Source of the DNA: an uncultured Gammaproteobacteria bacterium
GTDB taxonomy: Bacteria > Patescibacteriota > Microgenomatia > JAMCZE01
Direction: 5' to 3'
Assembly: GCA_964641255.1 (NCBI GenBank)
Contig: CAZXMM010000001.1
Coordinates: 15,757 to 79,756 of the forward strand
DNA: 64,000 bases
Shown here: in pieces, positions 1 through 8,212 of the stretch
Layout: each line of letters opens with the position of its first letter
How positions within the stretch are numbered: position 1 is the stretch's first letter
The notes under the pieces: model-generated
Told to the model about the DNA's origin: nothing
Databases searched by the model: none
Seen by the model: the letters and a program-made list of their open reading frames with translations, nothing else
Translations under genes and position numbers: made by a program

Positions 1-34
1 AGCAAGTTGCTAAAATCTATACCCTCCCTACCCC

Positions 35-1102
35 CTAGGGTTGAGCGTCCAAATCCACCAGTTGGACGGTTTTTAAATAGGCGACTCCAACTAACCCTGC
101 GTCAGTTGTCGTCATAATGGTTTGGTGTTGGGGAATTATTTCTAAAACGTGGTGGCGATTCTTCGGATCTAGTTCCGAAAAAATATCATCAAGGAGTAAA
201 ATTGCTTGTGATTGCCCATTGCTCATTGCACATTGTATATTCAGATACTCCAGTTCCCCGAGCTTCATCGCCAGCACCGCCAACCGTTGTTCCCCCCGGC
301 TGCCAAACAAGTGAATATCTCGAGTTTTTCCCTCAAAAGATTCAAACACCTTAAAATCATCACGGTGTGGCCCCACCAGCGTCGCCGCTGCCCCAATTTC
401 CGCTTCTGCATACTTGGCGAGGCGCTCCGTAGAAATGGTGCTGTGGTCATAATGTAGGGCGATAGGAAAAACTGCATTTTGACTCTCGGTCAAAAACTGC
501 AAGTAGTCTTTGCGCCGGCCGTGAATAATTTGGCCATTGGCAATGAGCAGTTCATTCCAATAACTTAGTCGCTCCACAATACTTCTAGCCCCTAGTCCCT
601 GCTCCCTCGCTCCCTTTAAAATCCGGTTTCTTTGCCGCAGAGCCCGCTCATAAATGTGGCTTGCTACCCGATAATCTTTATGGACTTGGGACAGCACGAA
701 ATCTAGGTAACGCCGGCGCACCGCGGGGCCGTTCACAACTAGTTCCAAATCCAAAGGAGAAAACAGCACGGCAAAGACGTTACCGACAAAATCCACTTGT
801 CTTTTTCCCACGCCATTTAGTTTATAGAGTTTTTGAAAACGGCTCCGTTTGTCCCAGGTGATTTCTAGTTCACTCTCCCCGCTTAACTCCCCCGCGATCC
901 TGGCCACACTCTCTTCGTCACGTATCACTTCCTTCTCGGTCTCGGCCCGGAAGCTTTTACCGGTGGCCAGCAGATAAATGGCTTCTAAAATATTAGTTTT
1001 CCCAATAGCATTGGGGCCCACAATCAGCGTAGCAGTGGGAGAGAGCGAAAATTCTCTTTTTTTGTAATTGCGAAAGTTTTGCAGGCTAAGTTTGGCAAGC
1101 AT
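35..1102 (-). CDS. recF: DNA replication/repair protein RecF
   Basis: L.NFRNY N-terminus, Walker A GPNAIGKTNILEAI, GPHRDD, SRGEQR, LLLDDIFSELD motifs. Confidence 0.95.
   Translation of the reverse strand: MLAKLSLQNFRNYKKREFSLSPTATLIVGPNAIGKTNILEAIYLLATGKSFRAETEKEVIRDEESVARIAGELSGESELEITWDKRSRFQKLYKLNGVGKRQVDFVGNVFAVLFSPLDLELVVNGPAVRRRYLDFVLSQVHKDYRVASHIYERALRQRNRILKGAREQGLGARSIVERLSYWNELLIANGQIIHGRRKDYLQFLTESQNAVFPIALHYDHSTISTERLAKYAEAEIGAAATLVGPHRDDFKVFESFEGKTRDIHLFGSRGEQRLAVLAMKLGELEYLNIQCAMSNGQSQAILLLDDIFSELDPKNRHHVLEIIPQHQTIMTTTDAGLVGVAYLKTVQLVDLDAQP
1074..1102. repeat. 29-bp direct repeat copy 1 (recF 5' end); copy 2 at 2300-2328
   Basis: AAGTTTTGCAGGCTAAGTTTGGCAAGCAT identical at 1074-1102 and 2300-2328. 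Confidence 0.95.
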
Positions 1103-1116
1103 GAAGGTATTCTAGC

Positions 1117-2328
1117 TCAAACTACGGCCTTTTTGTCACTAAAGTATTTCAGTGTGAGTAACACCCCGATAAGAGTGGTAAGTCCGATGCCCAGAATCCA
1201 TGCGAAGGCATTAGGAGATTGGTTATCAATATACGATCCCATCACAAGGGCCAGAAGTACGTAGGGAATTTTATACAACAGCGCCATCGTGGAAATGGCA
1301 GTGGCCCGGTTTCGTGACCCCACGACCGAGTTAACAACTGAGGATCTTACGTTATTAAAGATCGAGGAACTGGCAATCCGAATTATTATTAGTCCCCCGC
1401 CAATTAATAATCCTACGAAATTCGCCAGCAACAAGCTTCCCACTAGAACAAGACTGGTTCCTACTAACAATCCACTTATTCCATATTTTGTTTTCAAGGT
1501 AGGATACAGTTGGGAAGCAACGGCCGAAAGAATGTACCCCGCTCCAAAGAGAAGTCCTACTTTGAAACTATCGAGCCCATATTGCTTAGCTTGGGAAATG
1601 CCCAGAAAATTCGCGGTAACATAATACCCCATGCTTATGGCGATTAAAGCGAATGACAGAATTATGGTTTGTTGAGAGTGGAATAATTCTTTAAAACCAT
1701 TACCATTTTGTTTAAAGAACGAGACAAAGCTATACTTCACCGAATCTATTCTTGGCTCGATAAGGAAGAGACAGGAAATTGCTGCGGCAACATAAAAAAT
1801 ACCCTGCACAATGTAGGGAGACTGAAACTGCAGACTATAAATAAAGCCCCCCACCACTGCCGATAGTAGTAAAGCAATCCACTCAATGGATCTAAGATTC
1901 GAATTTACTTGGTCATAGTGCTCCTCTTTCCCTTGCTCTTTTAAGGTGTCGTAGACTAATGCCTCAAGACTACCGCTATAAAGCGCGATGCTAATTCCTT
2001 TTACTACCTCTAAAGCGGCAAACATCCAAAAAGCACTCGCTCCCGCTGTAATGAACATGGCAAGAGAATAAAGAACGAATGAAATAAGTACTGACAGCTT
2101 TCGACCTACCATGTCCGCAAAGGCACCGGTTGGGATCTCAAAGATAATAGAAACGATAGTCTGAATAGCAGTGATTGCTGCAACTTGGGTAAAGTCTAAG
2201 AATCTTAGATAAAAGAAAATCCAGACAGTAATGGGAAAATACAGCTCGCTTAAGAAAGTAAGAAGATAGGCCACCTTAATATTGCGATGCTCTTTTTGGA
2301 AGTTTTGCAGGCTAAGTTTGGCAAGCAT
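1117..2328 (-). CDS. MFS transporter (probable exporter)
   Basis: About 12 hydrophobic segments, EIPTGAFADMVGRK motif A; start placed at ATG 2328 with AAGGAG RBS upstream. Confidence 0.9.
   Translation of the reverse strand: MLAKLSLQNFQKEHRNIKVAYLLTFLSELYFPITVWIFFYLRFLDFTQVAAITAIQTIVSIIFEIPTGAFADMVGRKLSVLISFVLYSLAMFITAGASAFWMFAALEVVKGISIALYSGSLEALVYDTLKEQGKEEHYDQVNSNLRSIEWIALLLSAVVGGFIYSLQFQSPYIVQGIFYVAAAISCLFLIEPRIDSVKYSFVSFFKQNGNGFKELFHSQQTIILSFALIAISMGYYVTANFLGISQAKQYGLDSFKVGLLFGAGYILSAVASQLYPTLKTKYGISGLLVGTSLVLVGSLLLANFVGLLIGGGLIIIRIASSSIFNNVRSSVVNSVVGSRNRATAISTMALLYKIPYVLLALVMGSYIDNQSPNAFAWILGIGLTTLIGVLLTLKYFSDKKAVV
2300..2328. repeat. 29-bp direct repeat copy 2 (MFS gene 5' end)
   Basis: Identical to 1074-1102. 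Confidence 0.95.
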
Positions 2329-2336
2329 AGACTCCT

Positions 2337-3212
2337 TTATACTCTTTTCTTCCTCTGTGCCGCAAGAAACTCGTTCTCCCCCCAACCCTTGGCAATTTCT
2401 GGAGTAATTTTTATACCTTGAGCCCACATAATTTCATAAAGAGACATGAGACTTTTTGCAAATGTGGAACTATTAATAATCACCCCCCAATTTTCTCCAT
2501 CTTCAATACAAACAATCCGAATAATGCTTCCGATGACACTGAAACGAACTTTGAAAAAATAATCAGGCCTTTCTAAATAACGTATTTCCCGGCTAACCAA
2601 ATAATCCGGATCAAGCCCATACTGGTAAGTCACCACATGTCTAGTCCAATCATTTAGGGGTACTAGCTCCCTGGATGTATATTTAGAGCTTTTCCGCCGC
2701 CTTGTCTCCTCGAAGACGTCTCGATTAATCTCGGGGCTACTAAATGCATCCGATGGAAATAGGTAATCCCACGAGGCTTCGGGGGCATCAAAACTATCTT
2801 TGCGACTATTAAAATATGCTTGCCTAGCCCCTTCCAATCCCGGAAAAAAACGAAAGTCAGCGTTGACTTCGTCCTTATGAAACTCACCCTTTAGCTCGGG
2901 AAGAATATCCACAACGTTCGCTTCCAAATTAGTCAGATCCGCGCGCTTTTGCCAAATAATTGAACGCAAAACAGACGGATTCTTAGCGCGGATTCGCGTT
3001 TGATGCTTGGTGAACCCATCGCTTTTTTTTAATTCTACTAGACCCTGCAGAGATAAAGTCATGATAATTTCATAGACCGTAGTCCGAGGTATTCCTGTTT
3101 CTCGAGCCAGTTGATAGGGAGTGGCGTCACCATCCTTAACTATCTGCCTATATACTCGAGCCTCATTGGTTGAAAGCCCAAATTTTTCTAATGTCGTTGA
3201 AACAAAATCCAT
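2337..3212 (-). CDS. TrmB-family HTH transcriptional regulator
   Basis: LEKFGLSTNEARVY...LARETGIPRTTVYEI winged HTH; RFFPGLEG motif starting the effector domain. Confidence 0.85.
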   Translation of the reverse strand: MDFVSTTLEKFGLSTNEARVYRQIVKDGDATPYQLARETGIPRTTVYEIIMTLSLQGLVELKKSDGFTKHQTRIRAKNPSVLRSIIWQKRADLTNLEANVVDILPELKGEFHKDEVNADFRFFPGLEGARQAYFNSRKDSFDAPEASWDYLFPSDAFSSPEINRDVFEETRRRKSSKYTSRELVPLNDWTRHVVTYQYGLDPDYLVSREIRYLERPDYFFKVRFSVIGSIIRIVCIEDGENWGVIINSSTFAKSLMSLYEIMWAQGIKITPEIAKGWGENEFLAAQRKKRV

Positions 3213-3218
3213 AAAGTG

Positions 3219-3278
3219 AGTCTATCACTGTCGACACTGTCCGTCAAACTTGACAGTAATAGGTTCCTAAACCATAAT
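3219..3278. promoter_or_regulatory. Back-to-back sigma70 promoters with possible operator
   Basis: + strand TTGACA(3250-3255)-17bp-CATAAT(3273-3278); - strand TTGACG(3242-3247)-17bp-TAGACT(3219-3224); inverted ACTGTC(3236-3241)/GACAGT(3252-3257). Confidence 0.7.
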
Positions 3279-3290
3279 CGCAACATAAAC

Positions 3291-3358
3291 GGGGGTGTAG
3301 TTTACGCAAAATTTTCAGCGCAAGTTGAAAGACGAAGGTTCGATCCCTTCCACCTCCA
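3291..3358 (+). ncRNA. 68-nt tRNA-like RNA resembling the tmRNA tRNA-like domain (Ala identity), without mRNA-like domain
   Basis: Acceptor stem GGGGGTG/CACCTCC with G3:U70 and A73; T arm GAAGG-TTCGATC-CCTTC; no D stem; anticodon arm replaced by TTTCAGC-GCAA-GTTGAAA hairpin; promoter upstream. Confidence 0.7.
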
Positions 3359-3360
3359 CT

Positions 3361-4368
3361 ATGGATAGTAGTTCATTTTTAAAGCAGCTAATAGAAACCG
3401 TACCCGACTACGAGGTCTCTCCTGATGAGAAAAAGCGAATCCAATTTGAGGGCATTGAAAAATTCCTTTATGCGAAACTAACTTCATCTAAATTTAAGGC
3501 GGCAGCCCTACCCCAAGAATTCCAACAGAAGGTGAAAGAAAAAATTAGTTATTGCGTCAATAATAGTTTGCCAATCCACATAACTATCCCTTTCGGAGGT
3601 TATAAGAAATGGCAATTGCCTACAGCCCCACTCCCCGACTGGGCTGAGGTTTTTAATTTTGTTCTGGTTAGAGACTACCTAGCTCCGATTGCAAAAATAT
3701 ATAAACACGGTGTTGTTTTGGAATACTTTTCTGACGAAATCTTTATAGCACCGATGAATAATTACCCTCAGAAAGACCTAGATCAATACAACGAACAGTT
3801 TGAAGAACTTATCAGCTATCTAAAGGATTTCCTTCCTCCTAAGTTTGTGGCCAAATGTTCAAAGATTAGAGATTTTATTTCTCAAGAAGAAATATTAAAA
3901 AGATTTGAACAAGCTTACCGAAAGCTCCAGGGCGATTATGAAAGTTTGTCTCCCAAAGAGAAGCAAGTCAAAATGGCGAAGACAGAAAGAAATTATCAAG
4001 GGGACCTGCGTGATTTGTCTGAAAATGAAAGACAAAGAATACTTTTTGGCTCATATTTAATCCACGAAGCGTTCACTAAATACGACTGGGATCTGGATAT
4101 TCCTTGGGCATTTGACAAGGATATGATTGCTTTAGGATTTTGCTACACTGGCTCCTGGGGCATTCATCTTCGCTCCTCAACCTCTTCAACGGTGCAATTT
4201 TGGATCGGCACTGGAACACTACTGAAAAGGGCCGATCGCTTCATCCCCACAATCTTGACTTATGAGCAATATCAAAAATCCCAAAAAGTCTTAAAGCAAG
4301 AGGCGGTTACTCTATTTCCAGAGAAATTTAGTAATCTCCAATCTGTGGCACTTCTTGAGCAGGATTAA
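3361..4368 (+). CDS. Uncharacterised enzyme, distant PvcA/DIT1 (isonitrile synthase)-like Rossmann fold
   Basis: PIHITIPFGGYK...PDWAE...IAKIYKHGVVLEYFSDE pattern parallels the PvcA/DIT1 P.K...PD.aE...iY.pG...SD arrangement (by eye). Confidence 0.5.
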   Translation: MDSSSFLKQLIETVPDYEVSPDEKKRIQFEGIEKFLYAKLTSSKFKAAALPQEFQQKVKEKISYCVNNSLPIHITIPFGGYKKWQLPTAPLPDWAEVFNFVLVRDYLAPIAKIYKHGVVLEYFSDEIFIAPMNNYPQKDLDQYNEQFEELISYLKDFLPPKFVAKCSKIRDFISQEEILKRFEQAYRKLQGDYESLSPKEKQVKMAKTERNYQGDLRDLSENERQRILFGSYLIHEAFTKYDWDLDIPWAFDKDMIALGFCYTGSWGIHLRSSTSSTVQFWIGTGTLLKRADRFIPTILTYEQYQKSQKVLKQEAVTLFPEKFSNLQSVALLEQD

Positions 4369-5273
4369 GTTTGGCACTTGGAGCAAAAGAACGTTCCTCG
4401 GCCCCCAATTCTCATCATTTTTATTTCCCCGCCGCATCTTGGACAGACGGCGCCTGGCTTGCCGTAAACTACAAAATGTTCCTGCATTTTACCTTTTTCT
4501 CCTAGAGCATTAACAAAGGCTTCGTCACTTGCGGAACTGCCCTGATACTTAATCGCCAGGGTTAAAATTTCCAGGATCCCCTTGTGGAGAGTTTTTATCT
4601 TTTCTGGCTCCTCTTTGGCCACCAACTTAGCCGATTTGTTGGGGTTTATCTTTGCATACCAAAGTGCCTCATTTGCGTAGATATTGCCTATTCCGGCAAT
4701 CTTTCCCTGTTCCATCAAAAGTAGCTTAATGGCCCGACCCCAGCTCTCACAAATCTTTTTAAGATACTCCGGGCTAAACTCCTTAGAAAAGGGCTCGGGG
4801 CCGTGTTTGGCGTGAATTTCTTTCAGTTCTTTTTCATCTACTATCTTCACCCAGCCAAACTGGCGATTATCATTAAAAAACAGTTTGGCTCCATCGGAAA
4901 GAGCAAAAACTACGTGAGTAGTTTTACCTGGTAATTCGAAACCGGCAAAAGGAATCCCCTGGTGAAAACTCACGGTCTCAGCCACATAGTCAATTTCTTC
5001 CCTCTTTCCCGACTGCGCATCTTTAGTTTTTAATTCGCCGTAAACCAGTTGTCCGGTCATTTTCAGGTGCACCGCAATCGCTGAATTGTTGTTCAGTTTA
5101 ATGATAAGAATTTTCGCCCGTCTCTGGACATCCACAATCTTGGCTCCGATGGCCACCTGAGGATCGCCATAAAAGATTTTGGGCAGACGCACCTTAACAT
5201 CCAGGATAGTTTTGCCTACTAACCGGTCCGCTAACTGGGTACGGATAGTTTCAACTTCAGGAAGTTCTGGCAT
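4365..5273 (-). CDS. mutM: Formamidopyrimidine-DNA glycosylase
   Basis: MPELPEVET, HLKMTG, GIGNIYANE, C-terminal zinc finger CPRC...CSKCQ. Confidence 0.97.
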   Translation of the reverse strand: MPELPEVETIRTQLADRLVGKTILDVKVRLPKIFYGDPQVAIGAKIVDVQRRAKILIIKLNNNSAIAVHLKMTGQLVYGELKTKDAQSGKREEIDYVAETVSFHQGIPFAGFELPGKTTHVVFALSDGAKLFFNDNRQFGWVKIVDEKELKEIHAKHGPEPFSKEFSPEYLKKICESWGRAIKLLLMEQGKIAGIGNIYANEALWYAKINPNKSAKLVAKEEPEKIKTLHKGILEILTLAIKYQGSSASDEAFVNALGEKGKMQEHFVVYGKPGAVCPRCGGEIKMMRIGGRGTFFCSKCQT

Positions 5274-5277
5274 AAGG

Positions 5278-5793
5278 CTATTTTAACATCTTAACTACTT
5301 CTCGATGGGCCCAAAATCCTAATTCAGGTAGATCGTTAAGAGGAAACCACTTAATATCACTATTTTCCGCTTCATCAGTCTTAAGTGGACCGTTTTTGAC
5401 TTGGGCTCGATAGACAATGACAAAGTGCCCCGGTTCCCGAATATCATCAATTGATTGGACAACAGTCATTAAAGAAAGCGTAGTCACATTGAGACCAGTT
5501 TCTTCTTTAACTTCCCGTTTGATGGTCTCTTCTGGGTGTTCCCCAAATTCGACAAAACCCGCCGGAAACATCCACGTTCCGCGATATGGTTCCCGGTTTC
5601 TTTTGACTAGGAGGATTTTTTTATCTTTAATAATTATCGCCGAGGTGGAGGTCACCACATGTGGATAGTAAACCCAGTGGTCTTTTGGACAGATTTTCCG
5701 TTCTTTTTCTCCGTCATGTCGAACTGTCAGTTCCGTCCCGCAAAATGGGCAAAACCTGTAATTTGGTGGGGTTAGTTTAAGCATTGTTGACAA
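5278..5793 (-). CDS. NUDIX hydrolase with N-terminal zinc ribbon
   Basis: FCPFCG; Nudix box GFVEFGEHPEETIKREVKEETG. Confidence 0.92.
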   Translation of the reverse strand: MSTMLKLTPPNYRFCPFCGTELTVRHDGEKERKICPKDHWVYYPHVVTSTSAIIIKDKKILLVKRNREPYRGTWMFPAGFVEFGEHPEETIKREVKEETGLNVTTLSLMTVVQSIDDIREPGHFVIVYRAQVKNGPLKTDEAENSDIKWFPLNDLPELGFWAHREVVKMLK

Positions 5794-6889
5794 TTTTAGT
5801 CATTTCTGTGACAAATTTCTCCTTAGAAAATTTCTTGGCTTGTTTTTGACTGTTCTCTTTTTTGATGTTAGAAAGTACTGTTTGTTGCATGGCTTCGGAG
5901 AGACCTTCGACACTATATTCCTCAAAAAAAGTGCCTGTTTTCCCTGGAACGATTGTCTCCAAATAGCCTCCTGACTTGTGGGCCACCACTGGGGCACCTG
6001 CCGCCATCGCCTCAATTTGGACAATACCAAAATCAACGTCTTTTTCTGCCACAATAAGCGCCTTACAGGTAGCATACAATTTCCAGAGCTCCTCGTCAGG
6101 TACTCGGCCCAAAAACTCAATATTGTCTGATTTCTGGGCGTCAATTTCTTTTTGTTCCCACATTAGCCCCGCGGATTCGCCGACAATTTTGAGTTTTACT
6201 CCCAACTTATTGGCAGCTTCCATCACCATCGGTAGGCCCTTGCCCCCCACTATCCGTCCCGCCCAGAGATAAAAATCTCCCCGCGAGTCTTTAATCTCTT
6301 TAGTAAAATTAATGATCTTCTCAACGTCAATCGGTGGATAAATTACCACGCTCTCCCGCCGGTAGTTTTTTTCAATCCTGTGGGCGATATTGGTGGAATT
6401 GGCGATAAACTGATCCACCCGCTTGGCCCCAAGGAAGTCATAGAGACGCAGGAAGTGTCCCACCAGATGACCGTACACTTTTACTGGCCAGAAGTATTTT
6501 TGCCACTCCATGGACGTTTGGTAGCCCCAAATAAAGCGTGGCGGGGTGTGGCAATAGCAAATTACTTTAACGTGTTTGGGAATGCGCACGGGTTTGGTCA
6601 AATAGCCACTACTAGATAGGATAACAACGTCAAACTTTGAAAAATCAAATGATTCCCAAATCAGGGGAATTAAAAAGCGTAGTGGAGAGTGTAGATTACC
6701 CCATTTTAGTAGTAAGTTGGCCCAGGAAGTAACAATTTTGGCCCCAGCAAACTCTTTTGCTACGGTCCCAGTGCCAGTGTAAAAGGCCGTATAAATTGGG
6801 GCCTCAGGATACATTTGGTGCAGAGTCAGCAGTACTCTCTCCGCCCCCCCAAATTCTTTTAAATAGTCGTGTACCAAGGCTATTTTCAC
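5777..6889 (-). CDS. GT4 family glycosyltransferase
   Basis: KIALVHDYL..GGAERV, YCHTP, DFGIVQIEAMAAG; probable GTG start at 6889 (ORF open to 6925). Confidence 0.9.
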   Translation of the reverse strand: MKIALVHDYLKEFGGAERVLLTLHQMYPEAPIYTAFYTGTGTVAKEFAGAKIVTSWANLLLKWGNLHSPLRFLIPLIWESFDFSKFDVVILSSSGYLTKPVRIPKHVKVICYCHTPPRFIWGYQTSMEWQKYFWPVKVYGHLVGHFLRLYDFLGAKRVDQFIANSTNIAHRIEKNYRRESVVIYPPIDVEKIINFTKEIKDSRGDFYLWAGRIVGGKGLPMVMEAANKLGVKLKIVGESAGLMWEQKEIDAQKSDNIEFLGRVPDEELWKLYATCKALIVAEKDVDFGIVQIEAMAAGAPVVAHKSGGYLETIVPGKTGTFFEEYSVEGLSEAMQQTVLSNIKKENSQKQAKKFSKEKFVTEMTKIVNNA

Positions 6890-6944
6890 TTCCCCAGTGT
6901 ACTGGATTCTCGCTGAAAACTCCATAATACCCTATAATATAGCC

Positions 6945-7232
6945 ATGGCTGAATTTGACTCATGGGAGCAACAATTCGCAGACACCCTCGTCTATACCCA
7001 TACCCGAAGTGGTTCGGACGTACTAATTGACTATGAAGTCACACGTCAGTCCGTAAACCCCCCCTGCACTGGGGGTGAAAACTGCATAATAAATTTAGCA
7101 CTTAGGGCAGCTATGGCAATTGACCCAAAATTTGATGCGCAAGAGTTCAGTGCCGACAGTGCTAGGTGTCCAGCCTGTAGAATTCCGTGCCAAATCTGGG
7201 GCACACTCCGCATACAGGAGCCAGAAGAGTGA
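6945..7232 (+). CDS. Small hypothetical protein with Cys motifs
   Basis: ATG 6945 seven nt after TATAAT; CTGGENC and CPAC..C. Confidence 0.5.
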   Translation: MAEFDSWEQQFADTLVYTHTRSGSDVLIDYEVTRQSVNPPCTGGENCIINLALRAAMAIDPKFDAQEFSADSARCPACRIPCQIWGTLRIQEPEE

Positions 7233-7273
7233 CCAATTTTAGTGGAGAAACTATTTACTTAGTAACGAACAAA

Positions 7274-8212
7274 CTAGATCAGTTTCATCTGCTCGCTTGG
7301 GTCCAAAGTTACCTCTTTTTTAGCTTTCACTTTCTTGACCTGTCCCTGGCCCAAAATCTCAGTCATAATCCGCTGGGGAAGGCTTTTAAAACCCAGCTTG
7401 GTAATCATATACTCCATACCCCTTGGCCAGTTAATTTTCGCCACTTCCAGCTCCTCAGGGCGTAAGTGAATGGGGACATCGCAGACAATCGTGGCCAATT
7501 TTTTACCCAAGCCCGCATTTTCTGCCCCTTCGGCCAACTTTACGGCGACTCGCTCTGGCAACTGCCCCAGATGCCTATAAAGATTTTCTAGCGTGCCATA
7601 CTGTTTAATTAGCTCAAGGGCAGTTTTGGGGCCAATTCCCGCTACCCCCGGATAGTTATCAGAACTATCACCCTTGAGTGCCTTGACGTCAATCCACTGG
7701 GCGGGTGTTACTCCAAATTCCACTTGCATCAGCTTTAGGTCGTAGGTCTTGGTTTCAGAGAGCCCCTTAATGGGAATAAAGATCTTGACGTGGTTCGTGA
7801 CCAGCTGGAGCATATCTCGGTCTCCGGTCACTATGAAGGTTTCATAGGGGCTCTGGGCGGCTAAGGTGCCCAGACAATCATCGGCTTCAAAAGAGGCGAC
7901 TTCAAAATATTTAATCTCCAAACTATCAAGAAGCTCGTGAATTAGAGGAATCTGGTCGGCTAGATTCCCCGCCATTTCCGGGCGTTTTTTTTGATACTGG
8001 GTATACAGTTGTTGTCTAAAGGTCGGGGTGGGCAAATCAAAAGCGACCGCTAAAAAGTCGGGCTTGAGATCGGCCAGGACTTTTAGGAGCATATTCATAA
8101 ACCCATGGATAGCGTTCACACTCAGTCCACTTGGAGCCGTCAGGGTGGGGGGTAAGGCGTGGAAAGCGCGGTGCAAAATGGCGTGGCCATCAATAAGAAC
8201 GAGTCGTTTCAC
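7274..8212 (-). CDS. Stand-alone 5'-3' exonuclease (Pol I N-terminal domain)
   Basis: LIDGHAILHRAFHA, FEADD, TGDRD, GDSSDNYPGVAGIGPKTA. Confidence 0.93.
   Translation of the reverse strand: MKRLVLIDGHAILHRAFHALPPTLTAPSGLSVNAIHGFMNMLLKVLADLKPDFLAVAFDLPTPTFRQQLYTQYQKKRPEMAGNLADQIPLIHELLDSLEIKYFEVASFEADDCLGTLAAQSPYETFIVTGDRDMLQLVTNHVKIFIPIKGLSETKTYDLKLMQVEFGVTPAQWIDVKALKGDSSDNYPGVAGIGPKTALELIKQYGTLENLYRHLGQLPERVAVKLAEGAENAGLGKKLATIVCDVPIHLRPEELEVAKINWPRGMEYMITKLGFKSLPQRIMTEILGQGQVKKVKAKKEVTLDPSEQMKLI

Noticed and set aside
2329-2427. Longer MFS N-terminus from the ORF track
   Set aside because: Overlaps the regulator gene; the ATG at 2328 has a clear AAGGAG RBS.
3291-3358. Ordinary tRNA-Ala or full-length ssrA
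   Set aside because: No D stem or 7-nt anticodon loop, and no tag reading frame or pseudoknots.
3325-3360. TTG start for the enzyme gene
   Set aside because: Lies inside the tRNA-like structure; ATG 3361 is more plausible.
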